64,000 nt of DNA from an uncultured Gammaproteobacteria bacterium (GTDB taxonomy: Bacteria > Patescibacteriota > Microgenomatia > Daviesbacterales > UBA10151): positions 21,752 to 85,751 of the forward strand of contig CAZDFU010000001.1 in the NCBI GenBank assembly GCA_964504985.1, given 5' to 3'. This document shows, one piece after another, positions 40,220 through 53,399 of this stretch. Below the pieces are notes generated by a model, which made no database searches, was not told the origin of the DNA, and was given only the letters and a program-made list of their open reading frames with translations. Every line of letters starts with the position of its first letter. The first letter of the stretch is position 1. Both the position numbers and the translations under genes were made by a program.

Positions 40220-40747
40220 ATGAATTTCAAACTACTTGCATTTATCTTAATACTGCTTGGAATATTTTCCAGAATCATTCCTCATGCTCCAAATATTGCT
40301 GCAATCACTGCCCTAATGATTTTTAGCGGTAGCAACTTACCAAAAAGATTTTTATGGGTGTCTTTTGCAGCTCTTTTCATCAGTGATTATTTCATTGGAT
40401 TCTATGGAACTGATATGCTTTGGGTGTATGGAAGTTATGCCTTAATTGGCCTTTTAGGATTTTGGCTAAGGAGTCACAAAAAACCTACCAATGTTTTATT
40501 TACAGCTTTTAGCTCATCTGTTTTATTTTTCCTGATTACTAATTTTGGTGTCTGGGCCCCGCCAAATAATTGGTATCCTCATACTCTTGAAGGTTTAATT
40601 CAAAGCTATGCATTAGCACTTCCCTTTTTCAGAAATAGCTTAATTTCTGATATAGCTTACACAGTGATTTTATTTGGGGGTTATGAATTGATTAAAAGAT
40701 TTTCTAAGAATTACCTGCCCCAAAAACTTTTTCAACTGCTGTATTAA
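40220..40747 (+). CDS. integral membrane protein, unknown function
   Basis: 5-6 TM helices. Confidence 0.4.
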   Translation: MNFKLLAFILILLGIFSRIIPHAPNIAAITALMIFSGSNLPKRFLWVSFAALFISDYFIGFYGTDMLWVYGSYALIGLLGFWLRSHKKPTNVLFTAFSSSVLFFLITNFGVWAPPNNWYPHTLEGLIQSYALALPFFRNSLISDIAYTVILFGGYELIKRFSKNYLPQKLFQLLY

Positions 40748-42056
40748 ATTTTCTTCCCCTATCAAATTCATTCTGGAAAAGATTAAATGAGGTTGCTCCC
40801 GGAGAAAAAAGAATTATGTCCCCAGGTTCTGCTATTTTTTTTATGTCATTTAATAATTCATCCAAATTATTATATTGGCCTTTTCCTTTAACAATAAAAG
40901 GTTTTCTTAAATATTTTTTCAATTCATCTGTGGCATCACCTTCTATTAGAAATAACGCTTTAGCAGGATTATAAGTTTCAATTTCAGCTGCTAATTTATG
41001 ATATTCCATTCCTTTATTCATTCCTCCTGCAATTAAAATAACATTGGGATTTCCTAAAGAAGCAAGGGCATGAATAGTAGCAATAGGATTGGTAGAAGTA
41101 GAGTCATTAATGATCTTAATTCTCCTATATTCCCCTATCTCTTCCATTCTAAAAGGTTGACCCCTAAAATTTTGAAAAGCTTGAAGAATTATATTCTTAT
41201 CAATTCCTATAGTTTCACAAACACTTTCTGCTGCCGCATAATTTTCTAAATTGGCAGAACCCTTTAAGGGAAAATCTATATTTCTATTATCTTCTGAAAA
41301 ATCCTCCTCACAAAAAAATGATATTTGAGATTTGATTCCTTTTAAAAAGTCATCTCTATTTAAAATTTTATTACATGAAATAAATAAAAAATCATCTGCT
41401 GTTTGACCTTTTGCAACAATTTTTTTTGCTTCAATATATTCTTCCATTGATGAGTGCCAATTTAGGTGATCTGGATAAATATTAGTGATCAGTGCTATAT
41501 GAGGAGAAAAATTTTTGTACTTTAAACAATGTAGCTGAAAAGAGGAAATTTCTACAACAATCCATGGATCATTTTTTAAAAAAGGAATAACTTCCAAAAT
41601 ACTTTTACCAATATTTCCTGCAAAAATAACTTCTTTACCTGAAAGCTTCATTACTTCATAAATTAAAGAAGCAGTTGTTGATTTGCCTTTGGTTCCTGTA
41701 ACAGCAATAATTTTCTTCTGATTTGCAATTTGTAGAAAAATGGATAAATCTGTTTCTACTTGTTTTCCTATTTCCTGGGCACATTGAAGATAAGGATTAT
41801 TATCTCTTATTGCTGGGTTTCTGATAATAATATCTGCCCAGATAATATCTTCATTTTTATGTTCTCCCAGGGTATATTCAATATCAGGAAAATCTTTAAG
41901 TTGACTTAGTGAGTCTTTTAAGATCTCTTTAGATTTTAAATCAGTAACTTTAACTTTGGCTCCAAGTGAGGCAAAAAACCTAGCAGTACCTACACCGCCC
42001 TGATTCAAGCCCAAACCAAGTATTAATATTTTTTTGTCCTTGTAGATATTTTCCAT
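40704..42056 (-). CDS. murD: UDP-N-acetylmuramoylalanine--D-glutamate ligase
   Basis: IAVTGTKGKSTTASLI P-loop; N-terminal Rossmann GLGLNQGG. Confidence 0.8.
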   Translation of the reverse strand: MENIYKDKKILILGLGLNQGGVGTARFFASLGAKVKVTDLKSKEILKDSLSQLKDFPDIEYTLGEHKNEDIIWADIIIRNPAIRDNNPYLQCAQEIGKQVETDLSIFLQIANQKKIIAVTGTKGKSTTASLIYEVMKLSGKEVIFAGNIGKSILEVIPFLKNDPWIVVEISSFQLHCLKYKNFSPHIALITNIYPDHLNWHSSMEEYIEAKKIVAKGQTADDFLFISCNKILNRDDFLKGIKSQISFFCEEDFSEDNRNIDFPLKGSANLENYAAAESVCETIGIDKNIILQAFQNFRGQPFRMEEIGEYRRIKIINDSTSTNPIATIHALASLGNPNVILIAGGMNKGMEYHKLAAEIETYNPAKALFLIEGDATDELKKYLRKPFIVKGKGQYNNLDELLNDIKKIAEPGDIILFSPGATSFNLFQNEFDRGRKFNTAVEKVFGAGNS

Positions 42057-42068
42057 TTAAAGCTATTT

Positions 42069-42878
42069 TTGGTATTATATCGCTCTATGAACAGTAATCC
42101 AATTGGAGTTTTTGATTCAGGCATTGGCGGATTAACAGTTGTCAAAGAAATTATCCAACAGTTACCAAATGAAAATATTATTTATATAGGTGATACAGCC
42201 AGAGTTCCTTATGGCACTAGAGGCAAAGAAGTCATAGAAAAGTTCGCTTTGGAACTTGTTAACTTTCTTTTAAAAAAGAATGTCAAAGTTTTAATTGTTG
42301 CCTGTAATACCATCTCAGCTACTTGTTTAGATGAAATCAAAAAGATATCACCTGTTGCTGTAATAGGTGTTATTAATCCTGCCATAAATTCTGCAATTAA
42401 GACTACAAAAAATAACAGGATTGGTGTAATTGGTACAACTGCAACAATAAGCAGTAAAATTTATGAGAAGGGTTTAGGTAAAGAGATTAAAGTTACATCT
42501 AAAGCCTGTCCTTTATTTGTTCCTTTAACTGAAGAAGGTTTAAAAAATCATCCTGCAGCTAAATTAATAGCTAAAGATTATTTGAAAAAAATTTCTAAAT
42601 CTTCAATAGATACTCTTATACTAGGATGTACCCACTACCCAATTTTAAAAGAAGTTATCCAAAATGTTGTAGGTAAAAAAGTGAAATTAGTTGATTCTGC
42701 CAAGCCAACTGCAAAAGAATTAAAAGCCCTCTTAGAAGAAAAAGGATTGAGGAATGGTAAAAAAAACCCTAAGTATGATTTTTATGTGACTGATATAACT
42801 AACAGGACTCAGGAGATTGCGGAAAAGTTTTTTGGTAATAATTTTTCAATAAAATTAATTAAAACTCTCTTAACTTGA
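42069..42878 (+). CDS. murI: glutamate racemase
   Basis: IGVFDSGIGGLTV and ACNT...GCTHYP motifs. Confidence 0.85.
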   Translation: MVLYRSMNSNPIGVFDSGIGGLTVVKEIIQQLPNENIIYIGDTARVPYGTRGKEVIEKFALELVNFLLKKNVKVLIVACNTISATCLDEIKKISPVAVIGVINPAINSAIKTTKNNRIGVIGTTATISSKIYEKGLGKEIKVTSKACPLFVPLTEEGLKNHPAAKLIAKDYLKKISKSSIDTLILGCTHYPILKEVIQNVVGKKVKLVDSAKPTAKELKALLEEKGLRNGKKNPKYDFYVTDITNRTQEIAEKFFGNNFSIKLIKTLLT

Positions 42879-44207
42879 CACTAATTCTTTAGCTAATTTG
42901 TCAGTATCCCCAGCGCTCATGAAAAAAACAATATCCCCTTCCTTTATTTCTGGTCTTAATTTATCCAGGACTCCATTGGTAGAACCAATATATTTAACAA
43001 AGTCTTTATCTACTGATTCAACCAATTGTTTACTGGTAACAAGGTCAGTATCCAGCTCTCTTGATGGGTAAATATCCATGATAAATACTTTATCAGCAGG
43101 TAATTCTTTAAATACCTTAATAAAATCTTCAAATAGTGCTTTGGTTCTGGAAAACATATGGGGTTGATAGATCATTAATATCCTATTATTTGGAAATTTT
43201 TCCCTGGCTGCTTTGATAGTTTCTTTTATTTCAGTTGGATGATGGCCAAAATCAGAATAAACTTTTGCTCCATTATATTCCCCAATATACTCAAACCTTC
43301 TTCCTACTCCTGAATAATTTTGTAGGCTTTTTAAAATTGTTGCAGGTTTAATATTTAAAAGCAGCCCAACCTGAAAAGCAGCTAAGGCATTTGATTTATT
43401 AAAATCCCCGGGAATTTTTAAACTTAAATTAATTTCATTTTTAGAATAATCCACTGCGGGAGTTGGTATTTCTTTCATAACAACTTTTAAAACATCAGCA
43501 ACTTCTTTATTTTCTAAATTAGCAACAATTGTTCCTTTGGTTTGAAGAAGAAATTTTTTGAAACTCTCTTTATATGTTTCAAGATCTTTAAAATATTCCG
43601 GGTGGTCCATCTCAATATTTGTGACAATAGAGATATTTGGTTTTAATGATAAAAAATTGTCATTAAATTCATCTGCCTCAACAACAAAATACCCCTTATC
43701 GCTCAGGGTAAGTTTCCCTTTTCCATTTCTAAAATTTGCTTTCCATCTTGGGACAATTGCTCCAAGTAAAACAGTTGGGTCTAGATCAGCGTCTTCTAAT
43801 ACCTGGGCAATCATTGCTGTGGTTGTTGATTTGCCGTGAGTACCGCTGACTGCAATTACAAATTTATCTTTTGTTAAATATTTCCCTACAAATTGCTGCC
43901 AGGTCATGATTTGAATCCCACTCTTTTTAGCAGCAACAAGTTCTGGATTATCCGGATCGAGTGAAAATATGGCGGGAGTAACAGCCAAAATATCTACGCT
44001 GCAACCTTCGAGGTTGCAGCGTAGATGGTTTATATGATGGCCTTGAAAAAGTTGGGATTTTTTGAATGGTTTGGTGAATTCATTATCAATATCTAAATCA
44101 CAACCAGTTATTTCATATCCTTGGGCCTGGGCAATAACAGCAGCAGCAGATGTCCCTGACCCACCTATTCCCAAAAAATGTACCTTCATGAAGTGATTAT
44201 ATATCAA
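42870..44207 (-). CDS. murC: UDP-N-acetylmuramate--L-alanine ligase
   Basis: VHFLGIGGSGTSAAAVIA and IAVSGTHGKSTTTAMIA. Confidence 0.85.
   Translation of the reverse strand: MIYNHFMKVHFLGIGGSGTSAAAVIAQAQGYEITGCDLDIDNEFTKPFKKSQLFQGHHINHLRCNLEGCSVDILAVTPAIFSLDPDNPELVAAKKSGIQIMTWQQFVGKYLTKDKFVIAVSGTHGKSTTTAMIAQVLEDADLDPTVLLGAIVPRWKANFRNGKGKLTLSDKGYFVVEADEFNDNFLSLKPNISIVTNIEMDHPEYFKDLETYKESFKKFLLQTKGTIVANLENKEVADVLKVVMKEIPTPAVDYSKNEINLSLKIPGDFNKSNALAAFQVGLLLNIKPATILKSLQNYSGVGRRFEYIGEYNGAKVYSDFGHHPTEIKETIKAAREKFPNNRILMIYQPHMFSRTKALFEDFIKVFKELPADKVFIMDIYPSRELDTDLVTSKQLVESVDKDFVKYIGSTNGVLDKLRPEIKEGDIVFFMSAGDTDKLAKELVSS
43994..44024. repeat. perfect 31-nt palindrome (13-bp arms around TTCGA) inside murC
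   Basis: CTACGCTGCAACC-TTCGA-GGTTGCAGCGTAG; encodes LRCNLEGCSVD in a variable loop of MurC. Confidence 0.65.
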
Positions 44208-44250
44208 GAGTGGCTAGTTTCGTCTCTAAAGGGACTAGTTAGCTAATATA

Positions 44251-47536
<3,286 letters not shown>

Positions 47537-47561
47537 AGCCGAATTTTAACATAATGATTAT

Positions 47562-49274
47562 ATGCCAAGTCCTGCTGCCCAAGCACAAGGAAATACCATT
47601 GAAGAAATCCTTTTTAAACAGGGATTGTTAACCTCAGACCAGCTGTCTGCTGTAAAACTGGAAAGCATCAATTCAGGCCAGAGCATTGATAAAATAATCC
47701 TGCAGCATAACCTTGTTCCTTTGGATAAAATTACCCAGGCAAAAGCCCAGATTCTAAGTGTCCCTTTTATTAAACTGGAAGGAAAGGCAATTTCTGCTGA
47801 AGTTTTAAACCTTGTTCCTGAACCAGCTGCCAGACGTTATCAACTTATTCCTTTTGAAAAAACAAATGATGAACTTTGGGTGGCTATGGAAGATCCTTTA
47901 GACATTCAAATTATCCAGTTCGTAGAAAAACGCAGCGGAATGAGAGTCAAAGCGTTTTTGGCTTTGAAGGAAGATATCACTAAGGCTATTGGCGAGCAAT
48001 ATTCTCAAAATTTAACTTCAGATGTAACTTCTGCTTTAAAAGAAGTCCAGTCAGTCAGGCCTGAAGAACAGGTTGCCCATGAGACAGGGATTATTAGCGA
48101 TGCCCCTGTCTCCAATATTATTAACCAGCTGCTTGAGTATGCTATTAAAGTCCGCGCCTCAGATATTCATATTGAGCCTCAGGATGACAGAACCAGGGTC
48201 AGGTATAGGATTGACGGGATTTTACGGGAAAAAATCCTCTTGCCAAAAGGGGTGCATGATGCCCTGGTTTCCAGAATAAAAATATTATCTGTTTTAAAAA
48301 TAGATGAAAAAAGGCTGCCTCAGGATGGACGTTTTTCCTTTTCTTTTGGGCCAAATGAGGTTGACCTGCGTATTTCTACAGTTCCCACAGTATTTGGAGA
48401 AAAGGTGGTGATGAGGCTTTTGCCTAAATCAACTGCTGCCCCTACCCTTTTGGAACTGGGTTTAAGAGGTGTATCTTTTAAGGCATTGGAGAGCCAGCTT
48501 CTTAGGACTCATGGGATTATTTTAATTTGTGGTCCAACAGGTTCAGGTAAGACTACTACTCTTTATTCAATTTTGACTAAAATTTCTACCACTAAGGTAA
48601 ATGTGGTTACAATCGAAGATCCAGTGGAATACCAGATTTCAGGGGTAAACCAGGTTCAGGTTAATCCTCAAATTGGTTTGACTTTTGCTTCAGCTTTAAG
48701 AAGTTTTTTAAGGCAGGACCCTAATATTATCATGGTTGGTGAGGTTAGGGATACTGAGACTGCTGATTTGGCAATCCAAGCTGCTTTAACCGGCCACCAG
48801 GTTTTTTCTACAGTTCACACTAATTCATCTGCAGGTGCTCCCCCCAGGCTTTTGGATATGGGGGTTGAGCCATTTCTTTTGACATCTGCTTTAAATGCAG
48901 TTGTTGGGCAAAGAGTAGTTAGAAAGATCTGCCCTCATTGTAAGACAGAAATTAATGTTCCACAAGAAGTAACAGAAAGCATCAAGAAAATCCTGGGAAA
49001 ATTTGCCTTAAATCAAAACAGCGGGATAAAACTTTATAAAGGCAGGGGTTGCCAGTATTGTTCAAATACAGGCTACCTTGGAAGAATAGGGATATTCGAG
49101 GTTTTAGTACTTACAGATAAGATTGCCAAGCTGGTATTAGAACATGCTTCAGCCAACACTATTGAAGAAGAATCAGTGGCAGAGGGCATGATTACCATGA
49201 AACAGGATGGGTATTTAAAAGCGGTGGAAGGGGTAACAACATTAGAAGAAGTCCTGCGCGTAGCACAGGACTAA
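47562..49274 (+). CDS. pilB: type IV pilus assembly ATPase PilB (GspE family)
   Basis: N-terminal GSPII-like domain, Walker A LICGPTGSGKTTT, tetracysteine CPHC...CQYC. Confidence 0.85.
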   Translation: MPSPAAQAQGNTIEEILFKQGLLTSDQLSAVKLESINSGQSIDKIILQHNLVPLDKITQAKAQILSVPFIKLEGKAISAEVLNLVPEPAARRYQLIPFEKTNDELWVAMEDPLDIQIIQFVEKRSGMRVKAFLALKEDITKAIGEQYSQNLTSDVTSALKEVQSVRPEEQVAHETGIISDAPVSNIINQLLEYAIKVRASDIHIEPQDDRTRVRYRIDGILREKILLPKGVHDALVSRIKILSVLKIDEKRLPQDGRFSFSFGPNEVDLRISTVPTVFGEKVVMRLLPKSTAAPTLLELGLRGVSFKALESQLLRTHGIILICGPTGSGKTTTLYSILTKISTTKVNVVTIEDPVEYQISGVNQVQVNPQIGLTFASALRSFLRQDPNIIMVGEVRDTETADLAIQAALTGHQVFSTVHTNSSAGAPPRLLDMGVEPFLLTSALNAVVGQRVVRKICPHCKTEINVPQEVTESIKKILGKFALNQNSGIKLYKGRGCQYCSNTGYLGRIGIFEVLVLTDKIAKLVLEHASANTIEEESVAEGMITMKQDGYLKAVEGVTTLEEVLRVAQD

Positions 49275-49277
49275 ATT

Positions 49278-50330
49278 ATGAATATACAGCAACTATTGGA
49301 ATTAACCATTCAAAGAAATGCCTCTGATTTACACCTTTCAGTTGGCTTTCCTCCTATGCTTAGAATTCATGGAGAATTAGTGACTGTGGTAGGCAGTGAG
49401 GCAGTTACTCCAGAGCAGATGGAGGGTGCTTTAAATACAGTTTTAAATAAAGTTCAAAAAGATTTATTTTTGGAGAATCTAGAATTGGATTTTTCCCTGG
49501 AATTACCAAACAAAGGCAGGTTTAGGGTTAACCTGTTCCGGCAGAAAGGCCATCCTGCTTTTTCATTCAGGTTGATTCCAGCCAAAATCCCCCTGCTTTC
49601 TAGCCTTGGTTTTCCTAAAGTTGTGGAGAAAATCCCAGAAGTAAAACAAGGTTTTGTTTTGGTGACAGGCCCGACAGGACATGGTAAATCAACCACCTTA
49701 GCCTCCTTTATAAACCAAATCAATCAAAGCCGTGCTGAACATATCTTAACTATTGAGGACCCTATTGAGTATGTTTATCCTCCAGGCAGGTCTCTTATTG
49801 ATCAAAGGGAAATGTTTTTGGATACAAAATCCTGGGATAATTCCTTAAAAGCTGCCCTTAGGGAAGACCCTAATGTAGTATTAATTGGTGAGATGAGGGA
49901 TCTTGAGACAATCTCATCTGCCATGACAATTGCTGAAACAGGACATTTAGTTTTTGCTACCTTACATACCAACTCAGCTTCACAGTCAATTGACAGGATT
50001 ATTGATGTTTTTCCAGAGATTCAGCAGCCTCAAATCAGGCTTCAGTTAGCTGCTACCTTAGAAGCAATATTATCTATCCGTTTAATACCTACTCTTCAGC
50101 CCGGCAGGATTTTGGCCACTGAGGTTTTATTTGCCACACCCCCAATCAGAAACATTATCCGCGAAGGAAAAACTTATTTAATTGATAATGTTATTGAAAC
50201 ATCTTCTGAGTCTGGAATGCAGGTTTTGGAAAAGTCACTGGCAGATTTGGTAAAAGCGGGCAAAATCTCTGAAGAAACAGCCTTAAGGTATGCCCTGCGC
50301 CCAAATTTGCTAATGAAATTACTTGGGTAA
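49278..50330 (+). CDS. pilT: twitching-motility retraction ATPase PilT
   Basis: VLVTGPTGHGKSTTLAS, AIREDPNVVLIGEMRD. Confidence 0.85.
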   Translation: MNIQQLLELTIQRNASDLHLSVGFPPMLRIHGELVTVVGSEAVTPEQMEGALNTVLNKVQKDLFLENLELDFSLELPNKGRFRVNLFRQKGHPAFSFRLIPAKIPLLSSLGFPKVVEKIPEVKQGFVLVTGPTGHGKSTTLASFINQINQSRAEHILTIEDPIEYVYPPGRSLIDQREMFLDTKSWDNSLKAALREDPNVVLIGEMRDLETISSAMTIAETGHLVFATLHTNSASQSIDRIIDVFPEIQQPQIRLQLAATLEAILSIRLIPTLQPGRILATEVLFATPPIRNIIREGKTYLIDNVIETSSESGMQVLEKSLADLVKAGKISEETALRYALRPNLLMKLLG

Positions 50331-50452
50331 CAATTAGCAATTAGAGACTAGCAAATAGCAATTAGTTATTTACAACTATTCTCTAATCACTAAAGTATGG
50401 CTGAATTTATCTATGAGCAAGCTCTAGATAAAAGAGATTATTAATATTATGT

Positions 50453-51655
50453 ATGGCTGAATTTATCTATAAGGCAAAAGATATTTATGGAGTTTCTCAT
50501 ACCGGGGATATCAAAACCTCTGATGAACACCTAGCTGCCTCTACCCTGCGTAAAAAAGGTTTAATTGTTATTTCCCTAAAACGCAAAAACTCAACAGGTA
50601 ATAAATTTCTCGATAAATTCTTAAACAGAGTAGGTTTTTCAGAGCTGGTTGTTATCACCAGGCAATTATCTACCATGGTTTCAAGCGGATTGGTTTTATC
50701 TGATGCCATAGATATTTTGCATGAGCAGCAAAACGAAGGGCCTTTAAAAAAAGTCCTGCAGGAAGTATCAGGGGATATTAAAGGAGGTTTTACTTTAGCT
50801 CAAGCCTTAGGTAAACATCCCGGTATTTTTCCCCATTTGTATGTTAATTTAGTTAAAGCCGGTGAGGCTTCGGGTAAACTTGACCAGGTTCTTTTGCAAA
50901 TGGCAGAAGGATTGGAGAAAGATAAAGAATTTAAGGCCAGGGTTAAGGGAGCAATGATTTATCCGGTTGTAGTTTTGGGAATGATGGTAGTAGTTATCAT
51001 AATTATGATGGTGTTTGTTATACCCAAACTTACTTCACTTTATCAACAATCTACCATGGATTTGCCTTTACCCACAAAAATATTAATTGGGACTTCAAAT
51101 CTTTTTATTAACTTTTGGTGGCTGGGGATAATTTTAATTGTTGTTTCAGCCTTAGCTTTTAACAGATGGAATAAAACGCAGTCAGGAAAGATTTTTATAA
51201 GTAGGATACTTTTAAAGATGCCTATTGTTGGAAAAATTATAACTAATGTTATTTTAACTAATTTTAACAGGACTTTTGGGCTTTTGGTATCTGCCGGTAT
51301 TCCCCTTTTGGAGGCAATAGGTATTGTTTCTGATTTAACAGAGAATGCTGTTTTTAAAAAATCCTTAAAAACAGCATATGAAGGGGTGGAGAGAGGCCTT
51401 CCTTTCTCCTCACTTTTAGGTTCTGATATTTTTCCCAAGATTGTGGGACAGATGGTTAAAGTTGGTGAGGAAACAGGAAAAACAGATGAGATATTTTTTA
51501 AGTTGGCGGAGTATTTTGAGTCTGAATCCGATCATTTAATTAAAAATTTGACTGTGGCTATTGAGCCGATAGTGCTTATTATTTTAGGTATTGGTGTTGG
51601 GTTTTTAGTCATTTCCATCATTTTGCCAATATACAAGTTAACTACTTCCTTCTAA
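50453..51655 (+). CDS. pilC: type IV pilus platform protein PilC (GspF family)
   Basis: Two GspF repeats, 3 TM helices, 400 aa. Confidence 0.85.
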   Translation: MAEFIYKAKDIYGVSHTGDIKTSDEHLAASTLRKKGLIVISLKRKNSTGNKFLDKFLNRVGFSELVVITRQLSTMVSSGLVLSDAIDILHEQQNEGPLKKVLQEVSGDIKGGFTLAQALGKHPGIFPHLYVNLVKAGEASGKLDQVLLQMAEGLEKDKEFKARVKGAMIYPVVVLGMMVVVIIIMMVFVIPKLTSLYQQSTMDLPLPTKILIGTSNLFINFWWLGIILIVVSALAFNRWNKTQSGKIFISRILLKMPIVGKIITNVILTNFNRTFGLLVSAGIPLLEAIGIVSDLTENAVFKKSLKTAYEGVERGLPFSSLLGSDIFPKIVGQMVKVGEETGKTDEIFFKLAEYFESESDHLIKNLTVAIEPIVLIILGIGVGFLVISIILPIYKLTTSF

Positions 51656-51733
51656 GGTATTGACTTATTAGATAAAGATATGAATACAATGAATTAAGAG
51701 AAAACTTTAAAATTATGAAAGGGGGTGAATAGT

Positions 51734-52327
51734 TTGAAAAAATCTGCTCAGGTCCAATTAAAACGGACTTACGGTTTCACGCTGGTGGAACTTTTGGTAG
51801 TTATCGCAATTATTGCCATTCTGGCAGCAGTTGTTGTTTTGATCATAAACCCCCTGGAATTAACAAGAAGAGGTAGGGATGCAGCCAGACTTTCTGATCT
51901 TGCAAATCTGCAAAATGCCATTAATGTAGCTGTACAAGAAGCAACAAATTCTGGGGCTGCAATTCTTTGTAATGGGGCAGCTTATCCTTGTGGCGGGAGC
52001 GGTACAGGCGCAGGAAGAAGCGGTGGAGCAGGTGCAGGAACAAGAGTGGTTGATGGAACAGGGTGGGTAAAAGTTAACCTGGGATCTTCACAAAGTGTTT
52101 CAGTGCCAACATTGCCTGTTGATCCAACCAACAATGAGACCTATCATTACACCTATTGTGCAGACAATGATGCTTGGGAAATTAACGCGGTTTTGGAATC
52201 AGAACAACAGAGGACTAAGATGGCCAATGATGGTGGAAATGAAAACGCAACTGATACAACCGGCCGTTATGAAGTAGGATCCAATTTGGGATTAATTGCT
52301 CTTTCGGGTGGGAGTTGTACTTACTAA
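51734..52327 (+). CDS. type IV prepilin (major pilin candidate)
   Basis: Leader ...QLKRTYG|FTLVELLVVIAIIAILAAVVV class III signal. TTG start 8 nt after AAGGGGG is preferred over the GTG at 51725 that overlaps the RBS; Gly-rich surface region. Confidence 0.65.
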   Translation: MKKSAQVQLKRTYGFTLVELLVVIAIIAILAAVVVLIINPLELTRRGRDAARLSDLANLQNAINVAVQEATNSGAAILCNGAAYPCGGSGTGAGRSGGAGAGTRVVDGTGWVKVNLGSSQSVSVPTLPVDPTNNETYHYTYCADNDAWEINAVLESEQQRTKMANDGGNENATDTTGRYEVGSNLGLIALSGGSCTY

Positions 52328-52399
52328 TAGCTATCAGATATCTGTCATCAGTCGTCAGATTGTTGCAATTAAAAGTCTGAAAGCTGAAGACTGAAAGCT

Positions 52400-53287
52400 A
52401 TGATTGTAATAGGATTTATTTTAGGTGCGATACTTGGCAGTTTTGTTAAAGCGTTGGCAGACCGCAGTTTAGCGGATAAGTCCTTTAGGGGAAGGTCGTA
52501 TTGCCCGGAGTGTAAACATACTCTGAGGTGGTATGACCTTCTGCCTATAATTTCATATTTAATTCTTTTAGGCAAATGCAGATACTGCAGGGAGAAAATA
52601 CCTATAGAGTATTTGCTGATGGAAGTGGCGATGGGGATATTGATAGGGTTTTTGTTTTTGTTAGAAATCCCAAACCCCTTTCCCCTTAACCCTTTCCCCT
52701 TAACCCTTTTGTTAGCTGATCTTTTGTTTAAAACATTCTTTATTACAATTTTAGCTGTACTTTTTTTAACAGATATAAAAAAGATGTTTATACCGGACAG
52801 GGTTGTAATCCCTGCAATTTGGATTAGTATTATGTTTATAACTGTTATAACTATTATAAAAATTATATTTCTTTACTATTCCCTGACACTAACTCCTATA
52901 GGAAGGAACTTACTCCCCCCCCATACTGACTATTTTCAAAGGCATGCTTTGATTACTGCTGAACCGCTGATTGGATCAATCCTAATGGGGCTTTTAATCG
53001 GGGGATTTTTTATGGCTTTAATTATTATAACCCGCGGTAAAGGTATGGGAGGAGGAGATGTAAAACTTGGGGCATTAATGGGGCTTAGCTTGGGGTTTCC
53101 AAATTCTTTAGTTGCTTTAATCTCAGCTTTTTTATCCGGTGCTATTTTTTCTTTAGTGCTTATTTTGGCAGGCAAAAAACATTTTGGGCAATCTATTGCT
53201 TTTGGCCCATTTTTAGTGACGGGAAGCCTGATTGCTTTATTTTGGGGCCAGCAAATTCTTGAATGGTATTTAAATTTATCAACTTGA
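52400..53287 (+). CDS. pilD: prepilin peptidase (A24 family) PilD
   Basis: Zinc tetracysteine CPECKH...CRYC and 8 TM helices with catalytic Asp region; contains an in-frame NPFPL x2 duplication. Confidence 0.8.
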   Translation: MIVIGFILGAILGSFVKALADRSLADKSFRGRSYCPECKHTLRWYDLLPIISYLILLGKCRYCREKIPIEYLLMEVAMGILIGFLFLLEIPNPFPLNPFPLTLLLADLLFKTFFITILAVLFLTDIKKMFIPDRVVIPAIWISIMFITVITIIKIIFLYYSLTLTPIGRNLLPPHTDYFQRHALITAEPLIGSILMGLLIGGFFMALIIITRGKGMGGGDVKLGALMGLSLGFPNSLVALISAFLSGAIFSLVLILAGKKHFGQSIAFGPFLVTGSLIALFWGQQILEWYLNLST

Positions 53288-53399
53288 AACAACTATGTTT
53301 CTCATTGATTAATACCCTCTGGAGTATCTGCAAAACAGTTACAGCATAGCTTTAAAAATGTATAAACGCGTTGATGCAATTTATCTCCACGCGTAGGGA

